A stretch of DNA of 64,000 nt from the NCBI GenBank assembly GCA_964535825.1, contig CAZHUC010000002.1, positions 74,671-138,670 on the forward strand. The letters are read 5' to 3'. Below the pieces are notes generated by a model. The model ran no database searches, was not told where the DNA came from, and was given only the letters and a program-made list of their open reading frames with translations. Source of the stretch: an uncultured Rickettsiales bacterium. GTDB taxonomy: Bacteria > Pseudomonadota > Alphaproteobacteria > Rickettsiales > SXRF01. Shown here in pieces: positions 46,030-54,682 of this stretch (positions within the stretch are counted from its first letter, which is position 1; each line of letters starts with the position of its first letter). A program made the translations under genes and the position numbers.

Positions 46030-46161
46030 AAGTTACTGATTGGATAGCGCAAACCGGCCATTTGTCAAATCGGCATTGTCCCTCATGAATACAGAATCGC
46101 TTGGCAAACGAGACTCGGTGGCTTATTCTGGCCTGATATTCGTTCTAGCTCAAAGGTTAAC

Positions 46162-47253
46162 ATGCCACACCCTACTTCCGTTTCTTATGCGTTGATCGAT
46201 GCTTCCGGTATCGTGCTGGGCGAACATGCCAGCATCATGGAAGCCATTGCCACTATTGATAAAAGCGATGCCCGCATCGCGCTGATCGTTGATAAAACAG
46301 GCAAGCTGATAGGCTCGGTAACGGACGGCGACATACGCCGCGGCCTCCTGCGCAATGAATCGCTGCAGTCAGCAGTAAAGAATGTAATGAACCAGGCGCC
46401 GCATGCCCTGCCGGTGAACACCCCGCGTGAACGCATACTGGGCTTGATGGAATCTGCAGGCATCCGCCAGATCCCGCTACTCACCGAGACCGGCAATATC
46501 GCAGGCATCGTGACCTATGATGAACTGCTTGGCTTCATTTATGACCCGCGCCCCAACCCTGTGATCATCATGGCAGGCGGCAAGGGCAAACGCCTACTTC
46601 CTATCACCACAGATATTCCTAAACCTATGGTTACCGTGGGAAACAAACCGATACTGGAATGGATCATCAAACGCTTCCAACATCAGGGCTTCAATGATTT
46701 TCATTTAGCCGTTAATTACCTCGGTCACATGATCGAACAATATTTCGGCGACGGCGAACGCTTCGGCTGCAACATCGATTACATCCGCGAAAAAGAATTC
46801 CTTGGCACAGCGGGTGCACTCTCTCTGCTGCCACAGAAACAATCCCATCCGGTAGTAGTGACCAATGGCGACATACTGGCCTCGGTGGATTTTGGCGATG
46901 TGGTGGATTTCCATGATGCCTCTGGTGCTGCCGCCACCATATGCGCACGCGCACACCAGGTAGAAGTGCCTTACGGAGTATTGCAGGTGAATGATGGCTT
47001 CCTTGCATCAATCGTTGAAAAGCCAGTGTATGAGGATCTTATCAGCGCGGGCATGTATGTGCTTTCGCCTGAAGTCCTTGCCTCCATACCTAAAGGCACA
47101 CCGACCGATATGCCGACCGTACTCACCAACCTTGTGAACAGTAAACGCAAGGTGGCAGTTTACACCTTGCAGGCAGAATGGATGGATATTGGCCGACACG
47201 ATGATCTGGAACAAGCGAAGAAACACTTCCTTGCCCAGACTAGAGCGTCATAA
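46162..47253 (+). CDS. CBS-pair plus nucleotidyltransferase (sugar-1-phosphate NTP-transferase, PtmE-like)
   Basis: The N-terminal CBS repeats (LIGSVTDGDIRR..., IAGIVTYDEL) are followed by IIMAGGKGKRLLPITTDIPKPMV. Confidence 0.85.
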   Translation: MPHPTSVSYALIDASGIVLGEHASIMEAIATIDKSDARIALIVDKTGKLIGSVTDGDIRRGLLRNESLQSAVKNVMNQAPHALPVNTPRERILGLMESAGIRQIPLLTETGNIAGIVTYDELLGFIYDPRPNPVIIMAGGKGKRLLPITTDIPKPMVTVGNKPILEWIIKRFQHQGFNDFHLAVNYLGHMIEQYFGDGERFGCNIDYIREKEFLGTAGALSLLPQKQSHPVVVTNGDILASVDFGDVVDFHDASGAAATICARAHQVEVPYGVLQVNDGFLASIVEKPVYEDLISAGMYVLSPEVLASIPKGTPTDMPTVLTNLVNSKRKVAVYTLQAEWMDIGRHDDLEQAKKHFLAQTRAS

Positions 47254-47878
47254 ATCCTTTCAGGATCGAAAGGCCTGCCTCACCACTTTTTTCCGGATGG
47301 AACTGACACCCATAGGCGTTGCCGCGACGAACCCCGGCGCATATCTCCACACAGTTATAATCCACATAGGCAATACGGTCGGCAGCATTATCCGGCACAC
47401 CCATGTATGAATGCACAAAATAAACCGATGCGTTATGCACGGCTGAGAAAATAGTATCGTCCCATGATGCAACGTGCGATGGACGCAGCAATTCATCCCA
47501 TCCGATGTGCGGGATCTTGTGTGGCTTGCCATCTTTTGACTTATCAGGAATACGCACCACTTTGCCGGGAATAATTCCCAGTCCTTTGTGCGTGCCAAAT
47601 TCCTCACCCACATCGAACATCACCTGCATACCCACACAGATACCCAGAAATGGTTTGCCGCTTGCTACATAATCCTTGATCGGCTGGCTGAGCCCCAGCG
47701 TATCCAGTGCCTTGCTGCAATCACCGAATGCACCCACACCTGGCAGAATAAGTTTGTCTGCTTTAGCGATCGTCGCGGCATGATTGGTCACCTCTGTCTG
47801 TGCGCCACAATGCTTGAGCGCGCGCACAACATTGAGCAGGTTACTCGCACCATAATCAATAACGGTCACGGTGCTCAT
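47240..47878 (-). CDS. glutamine amidotransferase, HisH paralogue (WbuY/HisH2-like)
   Basis: VTVIDYGASNLLNV...GICVGMQ... are class I GATase motifs. It overlaps the HisF-like stop by 4 nt. Confidence 0.85.
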   Translation of the reverse strand: MSTVTVIDYGASNLLNVVRALKHCGAQTEVTNHAATIAKADKLILPGVGAFGDCSKALDTLGLSQPIKDYVASGKPFLGICVGMQVMFDVGEEFGTHKGLGIIPGKVVRIPDKSKDGKPHKIPHIGWDELLRPSHVASWDDTIFSAVHNASVYFVHSYMGVPDNAADRIAYVDYNCVEICAGVRRGNAYGCQFHPEKSGEAGLSILKGFMTL

Positions 47879-48636
47879 GCCGACCTCACATCAATGTCGG
47901 CTGCCTTTGCGACCGCACGGATATCTGCAAGTGTTGCACGTTTATAGTGCAGTATGTCCGCCATAGAAACGGCATCTGCCTTGCCTTCATGCACAGCCGC
48001 CACAAGATCTTCCGGCTTACCCATACCACCACTGGCGATCACTGGCACGCTCACGGCAGCTGCAACCGCTTGTATGAGTTCCGTATCGAATCCCTTGCGC
48101 GTACCTTCCTGATCCACCGAGGTAACCAGTATCTCCCCTGCTCCCAGCGATACTGCCTGCCTGGCCCACTCCACCACATCGCGTCCGGTGTGCTCACGGC
48201 CATTATCGGTATAGGCTTCCCACTTTCCTTGGCTTACACGCTTGGCCTCAATGGACAACACAACGCACTGCGAACCAAAACGCTCGGCCATTTCCGTGAT
48301 AAGTTCCGGCCGCGCCGTCACCGCAGTGTTGACCGCAAGTTTATCCGCACCAGAGCGCAAGATGTGGATGCCATCTTCGATAGAACGAATGCCACCGCCC
48401 ACTGTTATGGGAATGAACACGCTGTTAACCGCCCGCTCAATAATGTCTGAAAGATTGTTGCGACCATAAAGGCTGGCCACGATATCCATGAACAGTAATT
48501 CATCTGCACCCTGCTGGTAATATCGCACGGCATATTCATGTGGGTCGCCTATGACGCGCAATCCCTCAAGGTGAATACCTTTAATGAGATTTGGACCTTT
48601 AACATCCAATCGTGGAATTAACCGTATGCGACTCAT
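47875..48636 (-). CDS. imidazole-glycerol-phosphate-synthase cyclase-like subunit, HisF paralogue (WbuZ/HisF2-like)
   Basis: The translation reads MSRIRLIPRLDVKGPNLIKGIHLEG...GADELLFMDI...TVGGGIRS. The start is at 48636, because the 32-codon upstream extension is not conserved-looking. Confidence 0.85.
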   Translation of the reverse strand: MSRIRLIPRLDVKGPNLIKGIHLEGLRVIGDPHEYAVRYYQQGADELLFMDIVASLYGRNNLSDIIERAVNSVFIPITVGGGIRSIEDGIHILRSGADKLAVNTAVTARPELITEMAERFGSQCVVLSIEAKRVSQGKWEAYTDNGREHTGRDVVEWARQAVSLGAGEILVTSVDQEGTRKGFDTELIQAVAAAVSVPVIASGGMGKPEDLVAAVHEGKADAVSMADILHYKRATLADIRAVAKAADIDVRSA

Positions 48637-48739
48637 ACCATCGCTACCGCAGGCATCTGATACATTTAAACATTTGTTTTTTAAAATTATTAATGTAGAT
48701 ATACAATAATTACACCCTTCGTCAACTGGCATACCTCAT

Positions 48740-49888
48740 ATGAGACACTTGGAGTATAATTCGCAAAGACCGCGCCTGCATATGCTGGACGGCCTACGCG
48801 GCTTATGTGCCATACTGGTGATGGCATACCACTACCTGTCATGGAATGGGATGGAACATTTCCAGCTGGGTACGTTCGGTGTGTATATGTTCTTTATCCT
48901 GAGTGGCTTCAGTATCTGGCATGTCTACGGATATACGGATATAAACAGGGCCTCACTGCGAGCTTTCTATGTTGCCAGGCTTGCCCGCATATTTCCATTA
49001 TACTTTTTGGTCAGCCTGTATAGTTATTATGATTCCGTAACACTTAAGACATTCCTTCTGAATGCCACATTCCTGTTCGGACTCGCTGCACCTGGACTTA
49101 CCTCTGGCATTACTGGTGGGTGGTCTATAGGGATCGAATGGGTATTTTATCTTATGTTCCCGCTGTTCTGGATATTTTTGCCAGGCATTCGTGTGATGGG
49201 CGGCCTGCTGGTTGCGTCCATTCTCCTTAATCAGATATATGTTGGTTCATTATTCAGCCAGGCATCCCTTGGCGCAACCTGGTTCGATTACAGTAATTTC
49301 CCAGTATTTTTGGTATATTTCATTGGTGGCATGTTGTGTGCAATGATCTATCGTAATATCGCTGTGAAATATCCGCATGGGTTCAGTCTTCGGCAGGAAT
49401 GGATATTCAAGTTTATTGTTGCCGGGACACTGACATTTGTTTTTCTTTATCCGAGTGAGAGCGTAGAAAAATATTTGTGGGGATACCACTTCTCATTACT
49501 TATCATCGCCACATCCATCGTTGTTCTTTTGTGTGCCTGTATCCGCCGACAGTCAGAACCATCGATAGCACTATGCAAATTTCTGGGAGATATCTCGTTC
49601 AGTGCATATCTGATTCATTTTTACATATATGAATATTTCATGCGTTTATTTACAGATAACATGCCATCGCTAGGGCTGGAGTACACCTTACCAATCACAG
49701 GATGCGTTACATTGGTTGCTGCTTATCTTCTGAACCGGCTATACGAAATGCCCGCACGCGACCTTATCAAAAGAAAATGGATGGTGCGGGGTCAATCAGC
49801 AGTAGCTTTAGAACGGCATAGCGAAAGCGAGGCAAGCGCAACACTCAAGGCGTACCAGAACAATATCGCGGGCCAGTTAGCAAAATAG
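48740..49888 (+). CDS. membrane acyltransferase family 3 (O-acyltransferase, Lag-1/OafA-like)
   Basis: LDGLRGLCAILVMAYHY is followed by about 10 TM segments. Confidence 0.85.
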   Translation: MRHLEYNSQRPRLHMLDGLRGLCAILVMAYHYLSWNGMEHFQLGTFGVYMFFILSGFSIWHVYGYTDINRASLRAFYVARLARIFPLYFLVSLYSYYDSVTLKTFLLNATFLFGLAAPGLTSGITGGWSIGIEWVFYLMFPLFWIFLPGIRVMGGLLVASILLNQIYVGSLFSQASLGATWFDYSNFPVFLVYFIGGMLCAMIYRNIAVKYPHGFSLRQEWIFKFIVAGTLTFVFLYPSESVEKYLWGYHFSLLIIATSIVVLLCACIRRQSEPSIALCKFLGDISFSAYLIHFYIYEYFMRLFTDNMPSLGLEYTLPITGCVTLVAAYLLNRLYEMPARDLIKRKWMVRGQSAVALERHSESEASATLKAYQNNIAGQLAK

Positions 49889-51090
49889 CTCTGCGTAGGC
49901 ACGAACGGGAACAACAGCACCACCACAGAACCCACTGCAAATGCCGCTACGATACGCTGGTATCCAGCACACGACCTCAATACGCCTAAACATTCACGCA
50001 GAACAAACCATACGAAGGTCATGAACAGCGCAAGGCCGATAATGCCTGCTTCAGCAAACCATTCCAGATACGGATTATGTGGATGCAGGTTATAATGTGT
50101 GGCCGCACCGCTAGCCATGAACTGTGTGCATATCTCGCGGAAATTCTTCATGCCAACACCCGTCAGGATGTTGTCTTTCCCCATCTCATATGCCATCCAG
50201 AAAAGCTGGCCATACGAAGAATTCCTGAAATCCATCAAGATCCCCACAGCATGCATCAGCCGCCCTAATACCCATTCCTGCGTACCGATCAATATCGCCA
50301 CGGCAATGAAGGTGATCCCCATCAACTGAAGACAAAGCCTGCGCATCTTCTTCTCAGTAAGCACCAGAAGAGATAATACGGTAAACATTCCAAGCACACT
50401 CATCCCGAAGGGTGCGCGTTCACCAGTCACGGCAATCGTGCCTAACACGAAAAAATATAATATTCCGTATGTTGCAAATACTAATTTTGCACGAGATTCA
50501 AACAAGCTGAAGAATAAACATAACCCAAGCACAGGCAGCAGCATTCTTGCCAGGTAGATCCCCACTTTCACATTGCCGAACGGACCGGTAAGACGACCAG
50601 AATCAGCAGCGTAATTATTAGAGAGTGATAAACCATGCACATATTGCCACACCGTATCCACCGCAATAAATATAAGTAATACCGCAAGCGCACTACCAAG
50701 CAGCTTAAGCGGCTTTGCTTCCGTAAGCACCCAGTGCCTCATTGCCGCGAAGAATAATAGAAACCGTATCCATGGAAATGCAATGGTTGCAGATGCCTGT
50801 ATATCATACGCAAGCGGGGTCACTACTAAACATAACCACGCCCAGGCCACGAACAACGAAACCATCATTGGTTCTTTAACCCAGCCCCACTCACGCTTGG
50901 AAGCACTCTTGAGCAAGAACAGAAACCCTATCAACCCACACAGCACATCCGCCGCCGTGCGATGCCCCACTAGCATAAAAGGTATCATCACCGCAGAAAA
51001 ATATGCGATCTGCCACAGGCGATGCGTAGCATCCCGGGTAAATGCCAGTTCTCTTATTTCGTAATGCCAGCTTGCAACGTTGGTGTTCAT
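49792..51090 (-). CDS. O-antigen ligase / Wzy_C-domain polytopic membrane protein
   Basis: About 11 TM segments and the loop GVGMKNFREI...HPHNPYLEWFAEAGIIGL typical of WaaL/Wzy_C. Sampled GC is low, about 32 percent in one 60-nt sample. Confidence 0.75.
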   Translation of the reverse strand: MNTNVASWHYEIRELAFTRDATHRLWQIAYFSAVMIPFMLVGHRTAADVLCGLIGFLFLLKSASKREWGWVKEPMMVSLFVAWAWLCLVVTPLAYDIQASATIAFPWIRFLLFFAAMRHWVLTEAKPLKLLGSALAVLLIFIAVDTVWQYVHGLSLSNNYAADSGRLTGPFGNVKVGIYLARMLLPVLGLCLFFSLFESRAKLVFATYGILYFFVLGTIAVTGERAPFGMSVLGMFTVLSLLVLTEKKMRRLCLQLMGITFIAVAILIGTQEWVLGRLMHAVGILMDFRNSSYGQLFWMAYEMGKDNILTGVGMKNFREICTQFMASGAATHYNLHPHNPYLEWFAEAGIIGLALFMTFVWFVLRECLGVLRSCAGYQRIVAAFAVGSVVVLLFPFVPTQSYFANWPAILFWYALSVALASLSLCRSKATAD

Positions 51091-51135
51091 GGTAATGGTC
51101 TAGCGTGATTAACGTAATTCACAAGGTAAAAAACA

Positions 51136-52854
51136 TTACGGAACGGTAACTAACGTCCCATCATCCTTCTTTTTAACTTCCTGTACATAAAAGAACTGCA
51201 CCGGAACGCCATTATTATGGAAGCGTATTAGTTGTAGACCTGTTGATACTACAACGGAATCATCCTGTAATACGGTGATTGCTTTGGGTGAGGTAATTCT
51301 GCATTCCAGAGGCTTGCACCAGGAATAGAAACGCCCCATTCTCCCGTTACCAAGAACTGTCGTAACCATGCCATCTTTATCAATTTTCTTGATCTTGTTG
51401 TTCTCTTCATCGGCCACATAAAGATTACCCTGACTATCAGCGGCGATGTCAGATATTTTGTTGAAACGCGCTTGCCTGCGATCCCCATCCACATCGCCAG
51501 TTGTATAGTCCCCTGCGAAAAGCTCGACATCTCTTTGTTTCTGAATACGCAGGATACGATTCTGATTCTCTACGAAATAAATATTTCCATCCGTATCATG
51601 TGTCATATTCGTAGGATCCATGCTGCCGGTCATTTTTGTATAATATGTATTATCGTCCCAACGAAGCATCCATTTATAATCATCCAATGAACCAGATCCG
51701 TATTGTGGTGCAACCGGCGCAGGCGAGACCATGATCACCGCCGCACTTACCACAGACATCAATGCTGCCGTTAACACCCTTTGCCTGTTTATATCCTGAT
51801 AAAAGAAAGCGCTGACCGGGTATTTTGCTGTAAAGAGTTGACCAGCCTGATTTAAAGTACCGATGAAATGAACAACCAGTATCATTGCCGCAGTGCTGCC
51901 GGTAAGCAAGGCAGAATACCCAAAGACGCCCACCAGCAAGGAGATTATGACCAGTGATACGGGCGTTATCAGAAGATAATAACGACTACACACAACGCGT
52001 GCCAAATGTTTCAGTTTCTGCGAATAACACACTCCTATAAACACAACTATGGCACTCAGTAGTGCCGTGAGCTCCCTGCCATATTGCATATTATAAAATA
52101 TTTTACCCGGGCCATGCACCATCATGGCAAAGATCGAACCGCCGTAGAAGTCAAGATTTTTTTGGATGAAATTAAATTGTATCAGCACGAACACTGCAAT
52201 GATGCCGATATTGAGCGCAATATTCAGAAGATATTTTTTCCAGCTGTGTATCGGCATTGCCACCATGACACAGGTCTGTGCCGCTACCAGTAACATACCA
52301 ACGGTAAAACAGCCGGAACTTACCGACAGCAATACCAATGCAAGCATGTTGATAACACACCAGAGAAAGGCTTTCCCGAGTGGCTCATTAACAGCCATAC
52401 CGCTGAGCCAGCGCGTATAGGCATAGAGCATCAAGGAGATGCCAAGCATCATGTAAGAAAGACGCCCATTCATCGCGAAGGACAACGTGATGAATATAGG
52501 TGCGAATAAATATACCCATAATCTCCATCGCGACTCCAGGGCATGGGAGATACGCGCCTGCACAGCCGCTGTAAGCAATGTTGTCACGATCAGATTCGCG
52601 ACTACGAATATGCTGAATATGACATTCCGGTGCACATCAAGAAATTCAGAAAGCCATAATACCGGCCATGTGATGAGATAACGCAGTCCATGCGGGTGAT
52701 CCAAAACTAGAAGCGGGTTCACACCTGCGAATATGTCGAGCTGACTCCAGACATTGAACGACTTATAACCGCCAATGATGTATATGACATACAGTACCGA
52801 GAGTATGAGCGACTGGAAGGCAATATATAATTCTGTCTTTTTACTAAATAGCAC
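51136..52854 (-). CDS. polytopic membrane protein (about 11-12 TM) fused to a C-terminal NHL-repeat beta-propeller-like domain
   Basis: The N-terminal 390 aa are almost all hydrophobic helices. The C-terminal 180 aa contain NHL-like blades (DGNIYFVENQNRILRI; QGNLYVADEENNKIKKIDKDG; ITVLQDDSVVVSTGLQLIRF). Confidence 0.6.
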   Translation of the reverse strand: MLFSKKTELYIAFQSLILSVLYVIYIIGGYKSFNVWSQLDIFAGVNPLLVLDHPHGLRYLITWPVLWLSEFLDVHRNVIFSIFVVANLIVTTLLTAAVQARISHALESRWRLWVYLFAPIFITLSFAMNGRLSYMMLGISLMLYAYTRWLSGMAVNEPLGKAFLWCVINMLALVLLSVSSGCFTVGMLLVAAQTCVMVAMPIHSWKKYLLNIALNIGIIAVFVLIQFNFIQKNLDFYGGSIFAMMVHGPGKIFYNMQYGRELTALLSAIVVFIGVCYSQKLKHLARVVCSRYYLLITPVSLVIISLLVGVFGYSALLTGSTAAMILVVHFIGTLNQAGQLFTAKYPVSAFFYQDINRQRVLTAALMSVVSAAVIMVSPAPVAPQYGSGSLDDYKWMLRWDDNTYYTKMTGSMDPTNMTHDTDGNIYFVENQNRILRIQKQRDVELFAGDYTTGDVDGDRRQARFNKISDIAADSQGNLYVADEENNKIKKIDKDGMVTTVLGNGRMGRFYSWCKPLECRITSPKAITVLQDDSVVVSTGLQLIRFHNNGVPVQFFYVQEVKKKDDGTLVTVP

Positions 52855-52931
52855 CGCACTACCTATTGATTACCTATCGCTACGCAGGCATTTTATAATA
52901 GCTAAATGCACCCGAGTCCAGCAACCAGATG

Positions 52932-53849
52932 TCACGCAGACTTTGAGTTCTTCTCAGTATCAATGTGGCTTTGGAAAGGCACATCATCGATCACCTTGAG
53001 TATGGCAAGTGCCGCATTCAGGTCACACAATCCTTCCTGGTCACCAAGCACCGCCTGATGCATCGCCGTATAGGCTGCATCGCTCTCGCAGGTGATTACA
53101 TGGGTGGTCTCATTCACCGTGATGGAGCGCCGGATAAGATCGGCAGTGACCGTGCCTTTATCGGTCTCTATGAACCACTCGCGGGTTGGCACTTCATCCG
53201 TATAATTCATATGCACGATCACATTCTCGCAACGCTTACACTGTAATTTGAAGGTAGCGGTATCTTCGCTGTCCACCGTGACATCATCAAGGCGTTCTGC
53301 CTTACCTTCATACTCGATGATCTCGCCGAACAGGAACTGCGCCAGATCAAGCTCATGCGAAAGGTCGCGCATCACACCACCACCCTGATCGATATGAGCA
53401 GAATATGTGTCCTTGGGATCTCGGCCAGGCCGCCATAGCGATAAATGCTGCCCCACATGCGCACGCGCCGTATGTATCTCACTGTCTTTTATCGCATTCT
53501 GCAGCGCAGCGATGATCTTGTGGAAGCGTAAATGATACCCCGCATACACACGGAATGGATATGAACCAGCATTCTCTGCCACATGCATGAATACCGGCTT
53601 TTCCACCAGCACTTTGCCTGTGAATCCGCACCGCCTCAGCACTTCCAGATTTTCTGCATGCTGTGATGTGATGGTGCATATCACCACATAATCCCATGCG
53701 CCTGCATCAAATGCATCCTCTATGGAACGAAACAGCGGATAATCCATGGCTTCCTGCGCAGTCACAATACCCAGTGTGCTGGCCATGGGGCGCAGTATGC
53801 GTGCATGCCGCTTACCGATCGAGCCATATCCCACAATTAAAATCTTCAT
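52932..53849 (-). CDS. Gfo/Idh/MocA-family oxidoreductase (second copy)
   Basis: The translation is MKILIVGYGSIGKRHARIL...LVEKPV. It overlaps the upstream stop by 4 nt. Confidence 0.8.
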   Translation of the reverse strand: MKILIVGYGSIGKRHARILRPMASTLGIVTAQEAMDYPLFRSIEDAFDAGAWDYVVICTITSQHAENLEVLRRCGFTGKVLVEKPVFMHVAENAGSYPFRVYAGYHLRFHKIIAALQNAIKDSEIHTARAHVGQHLSLWRPGRDPKDTYSAHIDQGGGVMRDLSHELDLAQFLFGEIIEYEGKAERLDDVTVDSEDTATFKLQCKRCENVIVHMNYTDEVPTREWFIETDKGTVTADLIRRSITVNETTHVITCESDAAYTAMHQAVLGDQEGLCDLNAALAILKVIDDVPFQSHIDTEKNSKSA

Positions 53850-54682
53850 ACCGTTTGCCTTTTTACCTTCAGATCCTGTGCGATACGCATAATGATCAAT
53901 GACGTGCCTGCAAAGTCATTCTTTCTTTCTGTATCATTACGCTTCTGGAGGCGAGCATATTCTGCCTGCATGGCTACCAGTGCGGCGTTTATCCGCTCCT
54001 TCCTGCCTTGCGCATTCTCTATCTCAACATCCTTGCAAAAACGTGAAGATAAGATCACGCGTGTTGACCCAAGCCGCTCATGTTCAGCCAATATACACTC
54101 TGCAGGAAGCTCTCCGCTACCCATCTTTGCAATACCACCGAAACCAAAAGCCTTACCGCATTTTTGTATCTTCGTGGCCATTTCATCCACCAGCCCCATG
54201 GCCAGCGGTTCAAATAAAAATTCCAAACCGAGTGATAAATGCAGATCATTCAGCCCTATGTATAGTTCCGCGATACCATCCATCGCGGCTATGGTTGCCA
54301 GTTTTTCCATGGAATATGCCGTCTCGATAAGCAAGATGAGGCGTATACCAGCCGGCAGGGATTTAACCGCTTCGGTCACATGCGATATGTCTGTGATCAT
54401 CGGCAGCATGATCAGGTCTGCCCCTGCATCGGCTGCATGCCGCATCTCTGCTGCCGATCCGTTATGCCATGGATTGATGCGCACCATCAGCTCCGCACGA
54501 CTCAGCACAGCGTGCACCTTGGATACATCTTCTTTTGCATGGCTGCTGATGAATGTATTGCGACTTGCCTGCCGTTCCTTCTTTCCCATGATCTCCAGAT
54601 CCACCATGATGCGCGACACGCCTGCGGCCTGCGCATCCGCTGCAATATCAGGATTACCGGTGATCAGAATAGTGTGCATCAT
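53846..54682 (-). CDS. HpcH/HpaI aldolase / citrate-lyase-beta-like TIM-barrel protein
   Basis: The translation reads ...VRINPWHNGSAAEMRHAADAGADLIMLPMI...LILLIETAYSMEKLATIAAMDGIAELYIGLNDL..., the family pattern as I recall it. An extra C-terminal coiled-coil tail of about 60 aa is present. The start is 54682 or 54679. Confidence 0.55.
   Translation of the reverse strand: MMHTILITGNPDIAADAQAAGVSRIMVDLEIMGKKERQASRNTFISSHAKEDVSKVHAVLSRAELMVRINPWHNGSAAEMRHAADAGADLIMLPMITDISHVTEAVKSLPAGIRLILLIETAYSMEKLATIAAMDGIAELYIGLNDLHLSLGLEFLFEPLAMGLVDEMATKIQKCGKAFGFGGIAKMGSGELPAECILAEHERLGSTRVILSSRFCKDVEIENAQGRKERINAALVAMQAEYARLQKRNDTERKNDFAGTSLIIMRIAQDLKVKRQTV

Noticed and set aside
47240-48636. I considered whether hisH and hisF are histidine-biosynthesis genes.
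   Set aside because: They are isolated from other his genes and embedded in the glycan locus. They sit near a WbuX/WbpG-type amidotransferase, the known acetamidino-forming trio, so I treat them as paralogues.
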